A stretch of DNA of 64,000 nt from an uncultured Acidobacteriota bacterium. Its GTDB lineage: Bacteria; Acidobacteriota; Vicinamibacteria; Vicinamibacterales; SCN-69-37. The stretch spans positions 159,713 through 223,712 of the forward strand of contig CAVRWQ010000003.1 in the NCBI GenBank assembly GCA_963724955.1. The letters run 5' to 3'. Made by a program: the position numbers and the translations under genes. The notes below the pieces were generated by a model, which saw only the letters and a program-made list of their open reading frames with translations, had not been told where the DNA came from and did not search any database. Below are positions 1 through 9,717 of this stretch, one piece after another; position 1 is the stretch's first letter; each line of letters opens with the position of its first letter.

Positions 1-46
1 GCGCAAAGTGCTCTACTGAACGCCGGCGACGCGGGTCCGGGACACC

Positions 47-589
47 ATGAAACTCCTCGTTACCGGCCGTCAAGTCACGGTCACCGATGCCATTCGACAG
101 GATATCGACCGGAAGATCTCGCGCCTGGCGCGCGTCCTGAACGACAGCGCCGTGTCGGCGCAGTGCGTCGTGGCGCGCGAGCGCGGGCGGTTCGTGGCGG
201 AGCTGACCGTGCACGCGCGCGGCGATCACATGCTGCACGGCGTCGGCAGGCACACCGTGCTCGGGACCGCCGTGGGCACCGCGGTGGACAAGGTCGCGCA
301 GCAGGCCGCCAAGCTCGCCGACCGATGGAAGACCCGCCGCAAGACCGGCCCGCGTCGCGAGGCGCCGGCCGACGGCGAGACCGCGGCCGCTCAGCCGGAG
401 GCGGCGGCGTTCCGCGTGATTCGGTCGCGCCAGGCGCCGGTCCGCCCGATGAGTCTGGACGACGCGGTGCTGGCGCTCTCGGCGGGCGACCGGCCGTTCT
501 TCGTGTTTCGTCACGACGCGTCCAATGCCGTCGCCGTGCTGTATCGGCGGCCGGACGGTCATTTCGGCCTGATTGAGCCCGGGGCCTGA
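47..589 (+). CDS. hpf: Ribosome hibernation promoting factor, long form (RaiA/sigma-54 modulation protein family)
   Basis: Intact 180-aa ORF. N-terminal 'MKLLVTGRQVTVTDAIRQDIDRKISRL...VHARGDHML' matches the HPF/S30AE pattern. C-terminal 'FFVFRH...VAVLYRRPDGHFGLIEP' is typical of the long-HPF dimerisation domain. It heads the hprK-rapZ-PTS cluster. Confidence 0.9.
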   Translation: MKLLVTGRQVTVTDAIRQDIDRKISRLARVLNDSAVSAQCVVARERGRFVAELTVHARGDHMLHGVGRHTVLGTAVGTAVDKVAQQAAKLADRWKTRRKTGPRREAPADGETAAAQPEAAAFRVIRSRQAPVRPMSLDDAVLALSAGDRPFFVFRHDASNAVAVLYRRPDGHFGLIEPGA

Positions 590-1571
590 CGTGCCCGGCG
601 GCGTGACCGTCGGCGCCCTGCTCGGCGCGCGTGGCGCGGCCGGCGGCCTCGATCTGGACCTGCTCGCCGGCGCCACCGGCCTCGAGCGCCGCATCACGCT
701 GCCGTACATCCAGAAAGCCGGCCTCGCCCTCTCGGGTTTCGACGAGTACCTGCGCACGGGTCGCGTCCTGATCTTCGGCGAGAGCGAGATCCGTTTTCTC
801 GAGCAGATGGATCCGCCCGGGCGCGCCCGCGCGCTCCGCCGTCTGTTCACGCGCGACTTCCCGTGCGTCATGGTCACGATGGGCCTCGAGGGCCCCGCGG
901 AGCTCCCGGCGGAAGCCGAACGCGCCGGCGTGCCGCTGCTTCGGACGGCGCACGCGACGCCCGTCGCCATCGCACGGCTCACGACGCTCCTCGAAGATCA
1001 GATGGCGCCGCGCGAGACGCGGCACGGCGTGCTCATGGACATCCTGGGGCTCGGCGTCTTCATCACCGGTGAAAGCGGGATCGGCAAGAGCGAGTGCGCC
1101 CTCGACCTCATCGGGCGCGGCCATCGCCTCGTCGCCGACGACGCCGTCGAGATTCGATGCCGCGGCGAGTCGATTCTCATCGGCACCTGCCCGGAGCTCA
1201 CGCGTCACCATGTCGAGATTCGCGGCCTCGGGCTGGTCAACGTCACCGACCTGTTCGGCGTTTCGTCAACGCGATCGTCCAAGCGGGTGGAGCTCGTCGT
1301 GCAGCTGGAACGCTGGGAAGCAGGCAGGGAGTACGACCGGCTCGGGCTCGAGACGACGACCGTCGAGATCCTCGGTGTGCCGGTCCCGCTCGTCACGATG
1401 CCGGTGGCGCCGGGCCGCAATCTCGCGATGCTGGTCGAGGTCGCGGCGCGCAACCAGTTGCTGCGATCGCGCGGCCGTCATGCCGCACGCCTCCTGGCCG
1501 AGCGGCTCGAACGGCGGCTCGAACGACTGGCCGACCGCGATCTGGACGACACCGAGGTCGAGGAGCTGTGA
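573..1571 (+). CDS. hprK: HPr kinase/phosphorylase
   Basis: Intact 332-aa ORF with P-loop 'GESGIGKSECALDLIGRGHRLVADDAVEI' and 'VEIRGLGLVNV', hallmark motifs of the HprK C-terminal domain. Overlaps the hpf stop by 17 nt. Confidence 0.92.
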   Translation: MSPGPDVPGGVTVGALLGARGAAGGLDLDLLAGATGLERRITLPYIQKAGLALSGFDEYLRTGRVLIFGESEIRFLEQMDPPGRARALRRLFTRDFPCVMVTMGLEGPAELPAEAERAGVPLLRTAHATPVAIARLTTLLEDQMAPRETRHGVLMDILGLGVFITGESGIGKSECALDLIGRGHRLVADDAVEIRCRGESILIGTCPELTRHHVEIRGLGLVNVTDLFGVSSTRSSKRVELVVQLERWEAGREYDRLGLETTTVEILGVPVPLVTMPVAPGRNLAMLVEVAARNQLLRSRGRHAARLLAERLERRLERLADRDLDDTEVEEL

Positions 1572-2470
1572 GCCGCCGCGCGTCACCTCGGTCCCGGGCG
1601 GCGCTGGGCCCCCAGGCGGCCTCCTTCATCGTCGTCACCGGGCTCTCGGGCGCGGGCAAGTCGCAGGTGGTGCGGGCGCTGGAGGATCTCGGCTATTTCT
1701 GCGTCGACAACCTGCCCATCGCGCTCATCCCGCCGTTCGCGGACATCGCGCTCGGCGAGCGTCCCGCGGCCGTCGTCGTCGACGTCCGTGAGGGCCGGGA
1801 GCTGCCTCGCTTTCCGGCCGTCTACCAGCGGCTCAAGCGCCAGGCGGGCTCGCGCATCCGTCTGATCTTTCTCGAGGCCGCCGACGCCGCGATCCTGAGG
1901 CGGTTCAGCGAGACGCGGCGGCCCCATCCCCTCGGGCGCGAGCAGTCGATCGCGGACGGCATCAAGGAAGAGCGGCGGCTCCTCAAGCCGATCCGGCGGC
2001 TCGCGGACCAGGTCGTGGACACGAGCGCGCTCACGGTACATGAGCTACGGCGTCTCGTGCTCGAGACCGTGGGCGGCGCGCGGGCGGTCACGCCGCTGGT
2101 GGTCACCGTCATGAGCTTCGGCTTCCGGGGCGGCGTGCCGGCGGATGCCGACGTGATGTTCGACGTCCGCTTTCTGCCCAATCCGCACTTCGTGCCGTCG
2201 CTCAGGCGCTGGACGGGCAAGAACGCGCGCGTCGCGCGCTACGTGCTGCGGTCGCCTGCGGCCGGGCGCTTTCTCACTCTCACCGAGGCGCTGCTGAAGT
2301 TCCAGGTGCCGCAGCACATCGCGGAAGGGAAGACCTATCTCACGATCGCGATCGGGTGCACGGGCGGCCGTCACCGGTCCGTCGCGTTGACCGAAGCGCT
2401 CGCGAAGCGGCTGAAGCGCATCCGCGGCATCCAGGTGCGCACCCGGCATCGTGACGCGACAGAGGAGTGA
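1568..2470 (+). CDS. rapZ: RNase adapter protein RapZ (YhbJ family P-loop protein)
   Basis: In-frame GTG at 1568 inside ORF 1094..2470, overlapping the hprK stop. N-terminus 'FIVVTGLSGAGKSQVVRALEDLGYFCVDNLP' and C-terminal 'IAIGCTGGRHRSVALTE'. The ORF part upstream of 1568 is Arg/Pro-rich shadow sequence. Confidence 0.9.
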   Translation: MSRRASPRSRAALGPQAASFIVVTGLSGAGKSQVVRALEDLGYFCVDNLPIALIPPFADIALGERPAAVVVDVREGRELPRFPAVYQRLKRQAGSRIRLIFLEAADAAILRRFSETRRPHPLGREQSIADGIKEERRLLKPIRRLADQVVDTSALTVHELRRLVLETVGGARAVTPLVVTVMSFGFRGGVPADADVMFDVRFLPNPHFVPSLRRWTGKNARVARYVLRSPAAGRFLTLTEALLKFQVPQHIAEGKTYLTIAIGCTGGRHRSVALTEALAKRLKRIRGIQVRTRHRDATEE

Positions 2471-2917
2471 GCGTGGCCAACAGCGGATCGGGCGTGGGTG
2501 TCGTCGTCATCACGCACGGACAGCTTGCGACGGAGCTGCTGAACGCGGCCGAGATGATCGTGGGCGATCTGCCGCGCTTTGCCGCGGTGTCGATCGGCTG
2601 GCATGACGACGTGACGGTGGCCCAGGAAGTCATCGCGCCGCGCGGTCGCGAAGGTCGACGGCGGGCACGGCGTCCTGCTCCTGACCGACATGTTTGGCGG
2701 CACGCCGTCCAACCTCGGCCTGGCGCTGCTCGACCAGGGCCGGGTCGAGGTCGTGACCGGCGTCAACCTGCCGATGCTCATCAAGATCGCGAAGGCCCCC
2801 GCGGCGGCCGATCTGATCACGCTCGCGCGCAGCTTGTGCGAGCACGGCCGCGCGGCGATTCGCGTGGCGTCGGACCTGCTCCGGGCCGATCGCGAGCCTG
2901 AAGGGCGCGAGGGCTGA
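2467..2917 (+). CDS. PTS EIIA component, mannose/fructose family (frameshifted in this assembly)
   Basis: 'VGVVVITHGQLATELLNAAEMIVG' (frame of 2467) continues after a 1-nt shift near 2650 as 'GVLLLTDMFGGTPSNLGL...VVTGVNLPMLIK' (frame of 2690..2917). These are typical EIIA-Man motifs. Confidence 0.8.
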
Positions 2918-3184
2918 GTGACCGCCTGTCGCGTGACGATCGTCAATCCGCTGGGCCTGCACGCCCGCGCCGCCGCGCGGTTCGTCAAGCTCGCCGACAC
3001 GTTCAGGAGCCAGATTCGCGTCGGGCGCGGCCAGCAGACGATGGACGGCAAGAGCATTCTCGGCCTGCTCCTGCTCGCCGCGGCTCGCGGGAGCGAGCTC
3101 ACGATCACCGCCGACGGCCCCGATGAGGCGCAGGCCATCGCGGCGATCTGCGCGCTGGTCGATCGCGGCTTCGAGGAGTCATGA
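2918..3184 (+). CDS. ptsH: Phosphocarrier protein HPr
   Basis: Intact 88-aa ORF. Active-site His context 'NPLGLHARAAARFV' and regulatory Ser context 'DGKSILGLLLL'. Confidence 0.92.
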   Translation: MTACRVTIVNPLGLHARAAARFVKLADTFRSQIRVGRGQQTMDGKSILGLLLLAAARGSELTITADGPDEAQAIAAICALVDRGFEES

Positions 3185-4945
3185 CGAAGCTCACCGGACG
3201 CGGCGTCGCGCCAGGCATTGCGGTCGGTCGCGCGGTCGTGGCGGTTCGGGAGGCCCGGCAGGTCCGGTATCGCCTCGCCTCGAGCGGCGTCGAGCGCGAG
3301 CGGCAGCGGTTGCGCGCCGCGCGCGAGCGGACGCGGCGGGAGCTCGAGGAGATCTCGTCGCGCGTGTCGCGCACGATCGGCCAGGCGCAGGCGGCGATCT
3401 TCGCCGCCCAGCTGCTGATGCTCGACGACCCGTTGCTCGTGCGCCGGGCCGACGAGCTCATCCGGACCGAGCGCCTGAACGGCGACTGGGCGCTCGACCG
3501 CGCGATCGGCGAGCTGCGCGAACTCTTTGCCCGCGAGGGCGACGCGTGGCTGCGCGAGCGCGTCGGCGACCTGTCCGACGTCGCCGGCCGGCTGCAGCGC
3601 AATCTGCGGCCGAGCCGCGACCCGCTGGCGGATCTCGTGCTGGAGCTCGAGCCGCCGCTCGTCCTCGTCGCCGACGAGCTGCCGCCGTCGGTCGCCGCAC
3701 AGCTCGACTGGTCCCGCATCCACGGGCTCGTCTGCAACATCGGCGGCCCGACGCATCACACGGTGATTCTCGTGCGATCGCTCGGCGTGCCGGCCGTCGT
3801 CGGCCTCGGCAGCGCGACCGAGATGATCCTGCCGGGGCAGACGATCGCGATCGACGGCACCACGGGCGAGGTCGCGATCGATCCGACCGACGACGCCCTG
3901 GAGCGGTGGCGGCACCGCGCGGAGATCGCCAGCGCGGGTCTGCGCGCGCTCGAGGATCTGCGCACGCGACCGGCGGCAACCGCCGACGGCATCCGCATCC
4001 GGCTCGAAGCCAATCTCGAGATCGCCGACGAAGTCGCGCGCGTGCGCGACGCCGGCGCCGAGGGCATCGGCCTGTATCGCTCGGAGTTCCTGCTCGACAG
4101 CCTGCACCCCGACGCGGTCGACCGAAGAAGCGCAGTTCGAGACCTATCGCGCGCTCCTCGAAGCGATGCACCCGCTGCCGGTGACGATTCGCACGTTCGA
4201 CGCCGGTGAGGACCGGTGGGCCATCGTGCCGCGCGCCGGCGGCCATCGCGATCGGTTCGGCATGCGCGGCATCCGGACCGCGCTGCAGCACGACAATCGC
4301 TTCCGGCAGCAGATGCGCGCGCTCCTGCGCGCGGCCGAGTTCGGCACGCTGCGCGTGCTGCTGCCGTTCGTGACCGCCGTCGACGAGCTCAGGCAGGCGC
4401 GCAGCTTCATCGACGAGATCCGCCGCGATGTGCGCGTGTCGACGCACGTGCCGATCGGCGCGATGATCGAAGTGCCGGCGGCCGCGCTCACGGTCGATCA
4501 GCTCGCGACCGAGGCGGACTTCCTCAGCGTCGGCACGAACGATCTGATTCAGTACACGCTCGCCGTCGATCGCACGGACGAACGGCTGGCCGGGCACTAC
4601 GAGCCGGCGGCGCCGGCGGTGCTACGATTGCTGCGCATGGTGGCGATCGCCGCCCGCCGCGCGCAGCGCGATCTGTCGGTGTGCGGCGAGATGGCGGCCG
4701 ATCCGCTGCTCGTGGCGCTGCTCGTCGGACTCGGCTTTCGCGCGCTCAGCATGTCGCCCGGCGCGATCCCGGTGGTCAAGCACGCGCTGGCCGCGCTCGA
4801 CAGCCGGCACGCGAACGACCTGGCGCGCCGCGCGCTGCGCGCCGACTCGGTCGAAGCCGTGCACGCGCTGCTCGAGCCCATGGCCGAGGCGATGAGAGAT
4901 GACGAGGACACCTGCGGGCCGCCGAAGCGGAGCGCGGCCCGGTAG
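3181..4945 (+). CDS. ptsI: Phosphoenolpyruvate-protein phosphotransferase (PTS Enzyme I), one frameshift near 4120
   Basis: Pieces 3181..~4120 and ~4120..4945. Motifs 'GGPTHHTVILVRSLGVPAVVG', 'GIGLYRSEFLL', 'EEAQFETYRALLEAM' (visible in the shifted frame), 'VGTNDLIQYTLAVDR' and 'SVCGEMAADP'. Confidence 0.92.
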
Positions 4946-5072
4946 GCGCGAGGCGCGTGGGTAGGGGCCCCGCGCCAGCGCTGGCCATACCCTGACCGAA
5001 GCGGAAGCGCGGCCGCAGCTCCGACGGCGTACGGAGCGACTGCCGCTACCCGACGCGTACCGATGTACCGAG

Positions 5073-5441
5073 ATGGATGATCTAATGACCGACGTGACGC
5101 GTGTGGACAAACCCTGGGGCTACGAGCTGCACTGGGCGAAGACCGATCGATACGTGGGGAAGGTGATCCACGTGAACAAGGGTCACGCCCTGAGCCTGCA
5201 GTACCACAACATCAAGGACGAGACGATCTTTCTCTGGACCGGCAAGCTGCTGTTCGAGATCGAGATCGACGGCAAGCTCGTCGCCCGCGAAATGACCCCG
5301 GGCGAAGCGGTGCACATCACGCCAAAAACCGTGCATCGCATGACGGCCATCGAAGACTCCGACATCCTCGAAGCCTCCACGCCCGAGCTGCACGACGTCG
5401 TCAGACTGGAGGATCGGTATGGGCGTACCGACACGAAATAG
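5073..5441 (+). CDS. Cupin-domain protein (type II phosphomannose-isomerase C-terminal-like)
   Basis: Intact 122-aa ORF. 'KPWGYELHWAKTDRYVGKVIHVNKGHALSLQYH...ETIFLWTGKL...GEAVHITPKTVHR' fits the cupin two-motif pattern. Confidence 0.7.
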   Translation: MDDLMTDVTRVDKPWGYELHWAKTDRYVGKVIHVNKGHALSLQYHNIKDETIFLWTGKLLFEIEIDGKLVAREMTPGEAVHITPKTVHRMTAIEDSDILEASTPELHDVVRLEDRYGRTDTK

Positions 5442-5448
5442 CAGCTGT

Positions 5449-5516
5449 CAGGCATTGCGGCACTTGGCACTAGTTCCGAACCCCCTAGTGCCCAGTGCCA
5501 AGCGCCGCAGTGCCTG
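5449..5516. terminator. Imperfect hairpin between convergent genes, with arms built from GGCACT / AGTGCC words
   Basis: Left arm caggcattgcggcacttggcactag. Loop is about 12 nt. Right arm ctagtgcccagtgccaagcgccgcagtgcctg. Lies between the cupin stop (5441) and the ssb stop (5553). There is no clear T-run. Confidence 0.5.
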
Positions 5517-5552
5517 AGTCTCTGAGCGCCTAGTGACCCAGGTGCCTGCTTC

Positions 5553-5990
5553 TTAGAACGGAATGTCGTCGTCGTGCGGCGCGTCGACTGCGCCGACGTC
5601 GGCCGTGGCTTCCTGGCCTTCGAAGCGCGACGCGGCGCGCGGTCCGCGGCCCTCGCCGCCGCCCCCGCCGAGCAGCACGATGCGATCCGCGCGGATCTCC
5701 GTCGTCTTGTTCTGCTTGCCTTCCTTGTCGGTCCACTCGCGCGTCTGGATCCGGCCCTCGACGTAGATCTGCTTGCCCTTGGTGAGGTACTCGTGCAGCG
5801 ACTCCGCGGTCTTTCCCCAGATGACGATGCGGTGCCACTGGGTGTCTTCACGCTTCTGTCCCTCGCGATCGGTGAAGCGCTCCGTCGTCGCGAGGCTCAC
5901 CGTCGCGACCGGCGTCCCGCCGGCGGTAAATCGCATCTCGGCGTCGCGGCCGAGATTGCCGACGAGAATCGCCTTGTTCACACTGCCCAT
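5553..5990 (-). CDS. ssb: Single-stranded DNA-binding protein
   Basis: Intact 145-aa ORF. OB-fold N-terminus 'NKAILVGNLGRDAEMRFTAGGTPVATVSLAT', a Gly-rich linker and the acidic tip 'DDDIPF'. Confidence 0.95.
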   Translation of the reverse strand: MGSVNKAILVGNLGRDAEMRFTAGGTPVATVSLATTERFTDREGQKREDTQWHRIVIWGKTAESLHEYLTKGKQIYVEGRIQTREWTDKEGKQNKTTEIRADRIVLLGGGGGEGRGPRAASRFEGQEATADVGAVDAPHDDDIPF

Positions 5991-6006
5991 GTGACGTCCT
6001 TCCGCT

Positions 6007-6882
6007 CTATGGTTCGTCCGGTCCGCCGCCGAGCTTCTTCAGCGCCTGTTCGGCGAGCGTACGGGCGACGCTGTCGGGGTACGTCTTGATGACGTACTGA
6101 TACGCCGTCCGGGCCTGCGCGCGCTGGTTGAGCTGCTGATACGTGAGGCCCTGCTTATAGTAAGCGTCCGGGAGCTGATCGGAGTCCTTGTATTTCGTCG
6201 TGACGGCAGTGAACGCCTCGAGCGCCTCTTTGAAGTTGCCCAGTTGATAGTTCGAGTCGCCGACGATCATCAGCGCGCGGGGGGCGTCCGGTGAGTCCGG
6301 GAACCGCTTGAGCGCCTCCTGGCCCATCTGAATCGCTTCCTCGTACTTGGTGGACGCGTAGTAGCCCTGGGCCGCGGTGTAGTAGGTGGACGGCGACGGC
6401 GGAATGCCGCCCCCGCCGGGCGGGGGAGGCGCCGCCGGCGGCGTGCCGGGGGCCGCCGGGTTGGTCACCGCATTCGGGTCGGGCGGCGTCTGCAGCAGAT
6501 TGGCGATGTTGTTCAACATCGAATTCTGCATCGTCAGGCCGTCGCGGATGGCCTTCATCTCCTGCGTGAGGCGCTGCACGTTGACCGACGTGTCGTTCTG
6601 GCGCTCGCCGAGCGTGCGGACGCTGTTCCGGATGTCGCCGACCGCGATGTTCTCGTTGGCAAAGCCCTTGCGCGTCTCCTCGGCCTGGGCGTCGATGCGC
6701 GCGTTGGTCGCCTTGATCTGCTCGGCGAGAGCGTTCACCGACAACTGCAGCTTCTGCGTGACCTCGTGGAGCATCCGGAGATCGGCGAAGAGCTGCAGCT
6801 CCACGCGGTTTTGCGCCAGCGCCGGCGGCGCGAGCGCGAGCGACAGCAGCATGAGGAAGAGCGAGGATCGAATGCGGGTCAT
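6007..6882 (-). CDS. cpoB: Tol-Pal system protein CpoB/YbgF (coiled coil plus TPR)
   Basis: Intact 291-aa ORF with a signal peptide, a coiled-coil N-half and a TPR-like C-half ('YYTAAQGYYASTKYEEAIQ...FPDSPDAPRALMIVGDSNYQLGNFKEALEAF'). Immediately downstream of pal. Confidence 0.8.
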   Translation of the reverse strand: MTRIRSSLFLMLLSLALAPPALAQNRVELQLFADLRMLHEVTQKLQLSVNALAEQIKATNARIDAQAEETRKGFANENIAVGDIRNSVRTLGERQNDTSVNVQRLTQEMKAIRDGLTMQNSMLNNIANLLQTPPDPNAVTNPAAPGTPPAAPPPPGGGGIPPSPSTYYTAAQGYYASTKYEEAIQMGQEALKRFPDSPDAPRALMIVGDSNYQLGNFKEALEAFTAVTTKYKDSDQLPDAYYKQGLTYQQLNQRAQARTAYQYVIKTYPDSVARTLAEQALKKLGGGPDEP

Positions 6883-6902
6883 AGGTCTGCCTTACGTCAA
6901 TT

Positions 6903-7484
6903 CTATTTCGCGGTGAGCATGAAGTGCGCACGCCGGTTCTGCGACCAGGAGTCCTCGTCGTGGCCGGGATCGAACGGGAATTCCTTGCCGTAGCTCACCG
7001 TCTTCAGGCGATCGGCGCCGATCCCGAGCGAGACCAGGTAGCTCTTGGCCGCCAGGGCACGGCGATCTCCCAGCGCGAGATTGTATTCGGGCGTGCCGCG
7101 CTCGTCGCAGTGGCCCTCGATCGTGATCACCCAGGTCGTGTTGGCCTTGAGCACTTCCGCGTTGTCGGTCAGCGCACGGCGCGCGGCCTCGTCGATCGCG
7201 TCGCTGTCGTAGGCGAACATCGCCGGCTTGAGCGGCGAGTTCTTGTTGATCTCGTCCACCGACCGCGAATCGGCCGGACGGCTGGTGATGTCACCGGCCG
7301 ACATGATCGGCGGATCGGGCGGCATCGGCGGGGGAGTCGGGACGGTCTGCGGCGTGGCCACCGCGCCCGGAAACACGTTGGGCGGCGGCGGAGGCGGGGC
7401 CGCCACCGCGGGAGGCTTCTTGCCGCAGGCGATGACGCTCGAAAGAAGGACGATGGCGATCAGGCTCAGTTGGGTTCGTCTCAT
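6903..7484 (-). CDS. pal: Peptidoglycan-associated lipoprotein Pal (OmpA-like domain)
   Basis: ATG at 7484 gives 'MRRTQLSLIAIVLLSSVIACGKK' (lipobox). OmpA-like C-domain 'ITIEGHCDERGTPEYNLALGDRRALAAKSYLVSLGI'. The ORF-track extension to 7802 is shadow sequence. Confidence 0.9.
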   Translation of the reverse strand: MRRTQLSLIAIVLLSSVIACGKKPPAVAAPPPPPPNVFPGAVATPQTVPTPPPMPPDPPIMSAGDITSRPADSRSVDEINKNSPLKPAMFAYDSDAIDEAARRALTDNAEVLKANTTWVITIEGHCDERGTPEYNLALGDRRALAAKSYLVSLGIGADRLKTVSYGKEFPFDPGHDEDSWSQNRRAHFMLTAK

Positions 7485-7504
7485 GATGTGATCCTCGGTG
7501 TGAC

Positions 7505-8950
7505 TTACTTTGAGCCGGCGGGACGCGGAGAGGGCGACCAGCTCGGATAGGTGTTCGTGCCCGCTTCGGTGACGCGGCGGACGTTGCCGCCGTCGGGGTA
7601 GTCGACGATGGCGACTTGCTCGCGCCCCCAGCGCGATGTGACGAACGCGACGTGCCGTCCGTTGGGCGCGACCGTCGGACTCGCGTTCGCGCCCTTGCCG
7701 TCGGTCAGAATCTTCGACGCGCCGGTCGAGATGTCGTAGATCGCGATCTCCTGGCCGCCGGGCCGTTCGGTCGTGTACGCGATGTAGTTCTGCGCCGCCC
7801 ACGAGGGACGATCCGTGCGCGTCTCCGACGTGATCTTCTGGAGGAACGTGCCGTCCGCGTTCATCGTGTAGACCTGATTGCTTCCGGTCCGGTCGGAGGT
7901 GAACGCGATCTGCGTTCCGGTCGGCGACCAGGTCGGCGCGCTCTCCGTCGAGTTGGGCGTGCCCGGCGTGAGGTTTCGCATCCCGCTGCCGTCACGACTC
8001 ACGACCCAGATGTCCCAGTGTCCGGCCGTCCCGCCCCGCGTCGAGGCGAACGCGACCTTCGTGCCGTCCGGCGAGATCGCCGGCAGCATGTTGTGCACGT
8101 CGTCGTTGCCCGCGCCGGGCCGCGTCGGCGCGCGTCCGTCGAGCAGGATCACGTAGATGTCCTGGTACCCCGAGACATACGAGGTGTAGGCGAGCGTCCG
8201 TGGATCGGGACCCCACTTCGGCGTGATGTTCAGGTTGCGGTTGACGGTGACGCGCTGCTGATTCGCGCCGTCGTAGTCGGAGATGTAGAGCTCCTTGCCC
8301 TGATTGCCGACGCCCGGCACGCGTCCCGGCATCTGCGTGGCGTCGCGATCCGACGTGAATGCGAACCGCGTGCGAGCGACGCCCTCGACGTTGCGCAGCT
8401 TGGCGTGAAGGTCGTCGGCGATGTAGTGCGCGCAGTAGCGCGGGTTGGTCACCTGGCAGCCGTCGTACGTGAACCCGACGCTGTCGCCGGCCGACTGACC
8501 GCGGACGTTCACCATCCGCACCTCGACGGACAGCTTCCCGCCGGATTCTTTCAGAATGCCGAACAGCACGACGTCGGCGCCAAGCTCGACCCAGCGGCTG
8601 AACGCCAGACTCTCGGGCGTCGCGGCCGGGGGAATGGACGCCGCGGCCGTGCGCGAGACGACGAGGAACTCGCGCTCGAAGTCCAGGTCGAACGCCAGCA
8701 CCTCGGCCATCGTCCTGCCCACGGCACTCAACGCGGCATTGCCGTCGGGCGTGACCAGATCGGGAAGGCCGATCTTCGGTCGCGACGTCGCGGCCGTCAG
8801 CGGAATGACCCACTCCTTCGGCTGTTGCTGCGGCAAGGGATCCTGAAGCGATGTGCTGGTGATGTCGACAATGGCCGGCGGCGGCGGAGACCAGGCGAGC
8901 AGAACCAAACCAGCAATCGCGCCGCCGAGGGACGTCTTGATCAGCATCAC
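7505..8950 (-). CDS. tolB: Tol-Pal system beta-propeller protein TolB
   Basis: Intact 481-aa ORF with repeated 'P.WSPDG..IAF.S.R.G...I' propeller blades ('PAISPDGTKVAFASTRGG', 'PTWSPTGTQIAFTSDRTG', 'SPTVAPNGRHVAFVTSRWG'). Confidence 0.92.
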   Translation of the reverse strand: MMLIKTSLGGAIAGLVLLAWSPPPPAIVDITSTSLQDPLPQQQPKEWVIPLTAATSRPKIGLPDLVTPDGNAALSAVGRTMAEVLAFDLDFEREFLVVSRTAAASIPPAATPESLAFSRWVELGADVVLFGILKESGGKLSVEVRMVNVRGQSAGDSVGFTYDGCQVTNPRYCAHYIADDLHAKLRNVEGVARTRFAFTSDRDATQMPGRVPGVGNQGKELYISDYDGANQQRVTVNRNLNITPKWGPDPRTLAYTSYVSGYQDIYVILLDGRAPTRPGAGNDDVHNMLPAISPDGTKVAFASTRGGTAGHWDIWVVSRDGSGMRNLTPGTPNSTESAPTWSPTGTQIAFTSDRTGSNQVYTMNADGTFLQKITSETRTDRPSWAAQNYIAYTTERPGGQEIAIYDISTGASKILTDGKGANASPTVAPNGRHVAFVTSRWGREQVAIVDYPDGGNVRRVTEAGTNTYPSWSPSPRPAGSK

Positions 8951-9713
8951 TACCTCGTGTAGGGAAAGATCAGGTGAATCGTGACTTTGTCTTCAGTGTA
9001 CGCCTGCGGCAGCGGCGGAAGCCGCAGGCCGTCGAAGGCCTGCTTGGAGTTCAGATCGAGCAGCACGCTGCCGCTCGACTTCTCGATCTCGGGCTTCGTG
9101 AACGTGCCGTCCCGGTTGACCGTGAACTTGATCGTCGTCGTGCCCTGTTCGGGCTGATGCCGCCGCCAGTTTGCGGTGATGCGCCGCCGCAATTCCTCGA
9201 CGTACTCAGGGCAGCAGAAGTTGGGATCGAACTGCGCCATGGTGTCGCCGGCGCCGCCGCCAGTGGCGAGCCCCGTGTTCTGACCGGTCGCCGTCGTGGC
9301 GGCGCGCGCGGATCCGGGCGTGACCTGCCGTCCGGTGAGCGGCGGCGGAGGCTTCGGCGTGCGCGTCGCGGACGTCTCCACCGGCTTCGACGGCGACGGC
9401 TTCGCCGCCGGCGCGGGTGTCGGTGGCTCCGGCTTCGGCGGCACGGCGCGCTCGGGCTCGGGACGCTTCGGCGGGGGAGCGACCTCGTCCTTCGGCTGGG
9501 CGCCGGCCGCGTTCAGTCCGCCGGTCCGCGCCCCGGCCGTCCCGAGGCTGATATTCATGAGCTGGGTGTCCGGCTGACGCTTCGACAGCCATTCGCGCGG
9601 CACGACGAACAGCGCGAGCACCACGACCGGCGTGCACGGCGAACGACGACCGTGAGCGAGCGGTTCAGTCCGCCCGGCTGCGGTGCGCGCCACGTCATCG
9701 CGTCGGCGGCCAT
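8950..9713 (-). CDS. tolA: TolA / TonB-family energy transducer (N-terminal frameshifts)
   Basis: C-terminal TonB_C-like domain 'YVEELRRRITANWRR...TIKFTVNRDGTFTKPEIEKSSGSVLLDLNSKQAF' preceded by a Pro/Ala/Lys-rich linker. The N-terminal TM ('VVVLALFVVP') is only reachable from ATG 9713 after one or more indels near 9640-9660. Position between tolR and tolB supports TolA. Confidence 0.62.
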
Positions 9714-9717
9714 CGTC

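Noticed and set aside
81-1211. Long ORFs antisense to, or out of frame with, the called genes. Examples: 81..1211(-), 2371..4107(-), 3458..4597(-), 43478..44761(-), 45081..46415(-), 46470..48074(-), 57227..58720(-), 60282..61304(-), 62481..63755(+).
   Set aside because: Their translations are Arg/Ala/Pro/Gly-rich low-complexity strings with no recognisable motifs. Each overlaps a frame that carries unmistakable family signatures. Such shadow ORFs are expected at this GC content because stop codons are rare.
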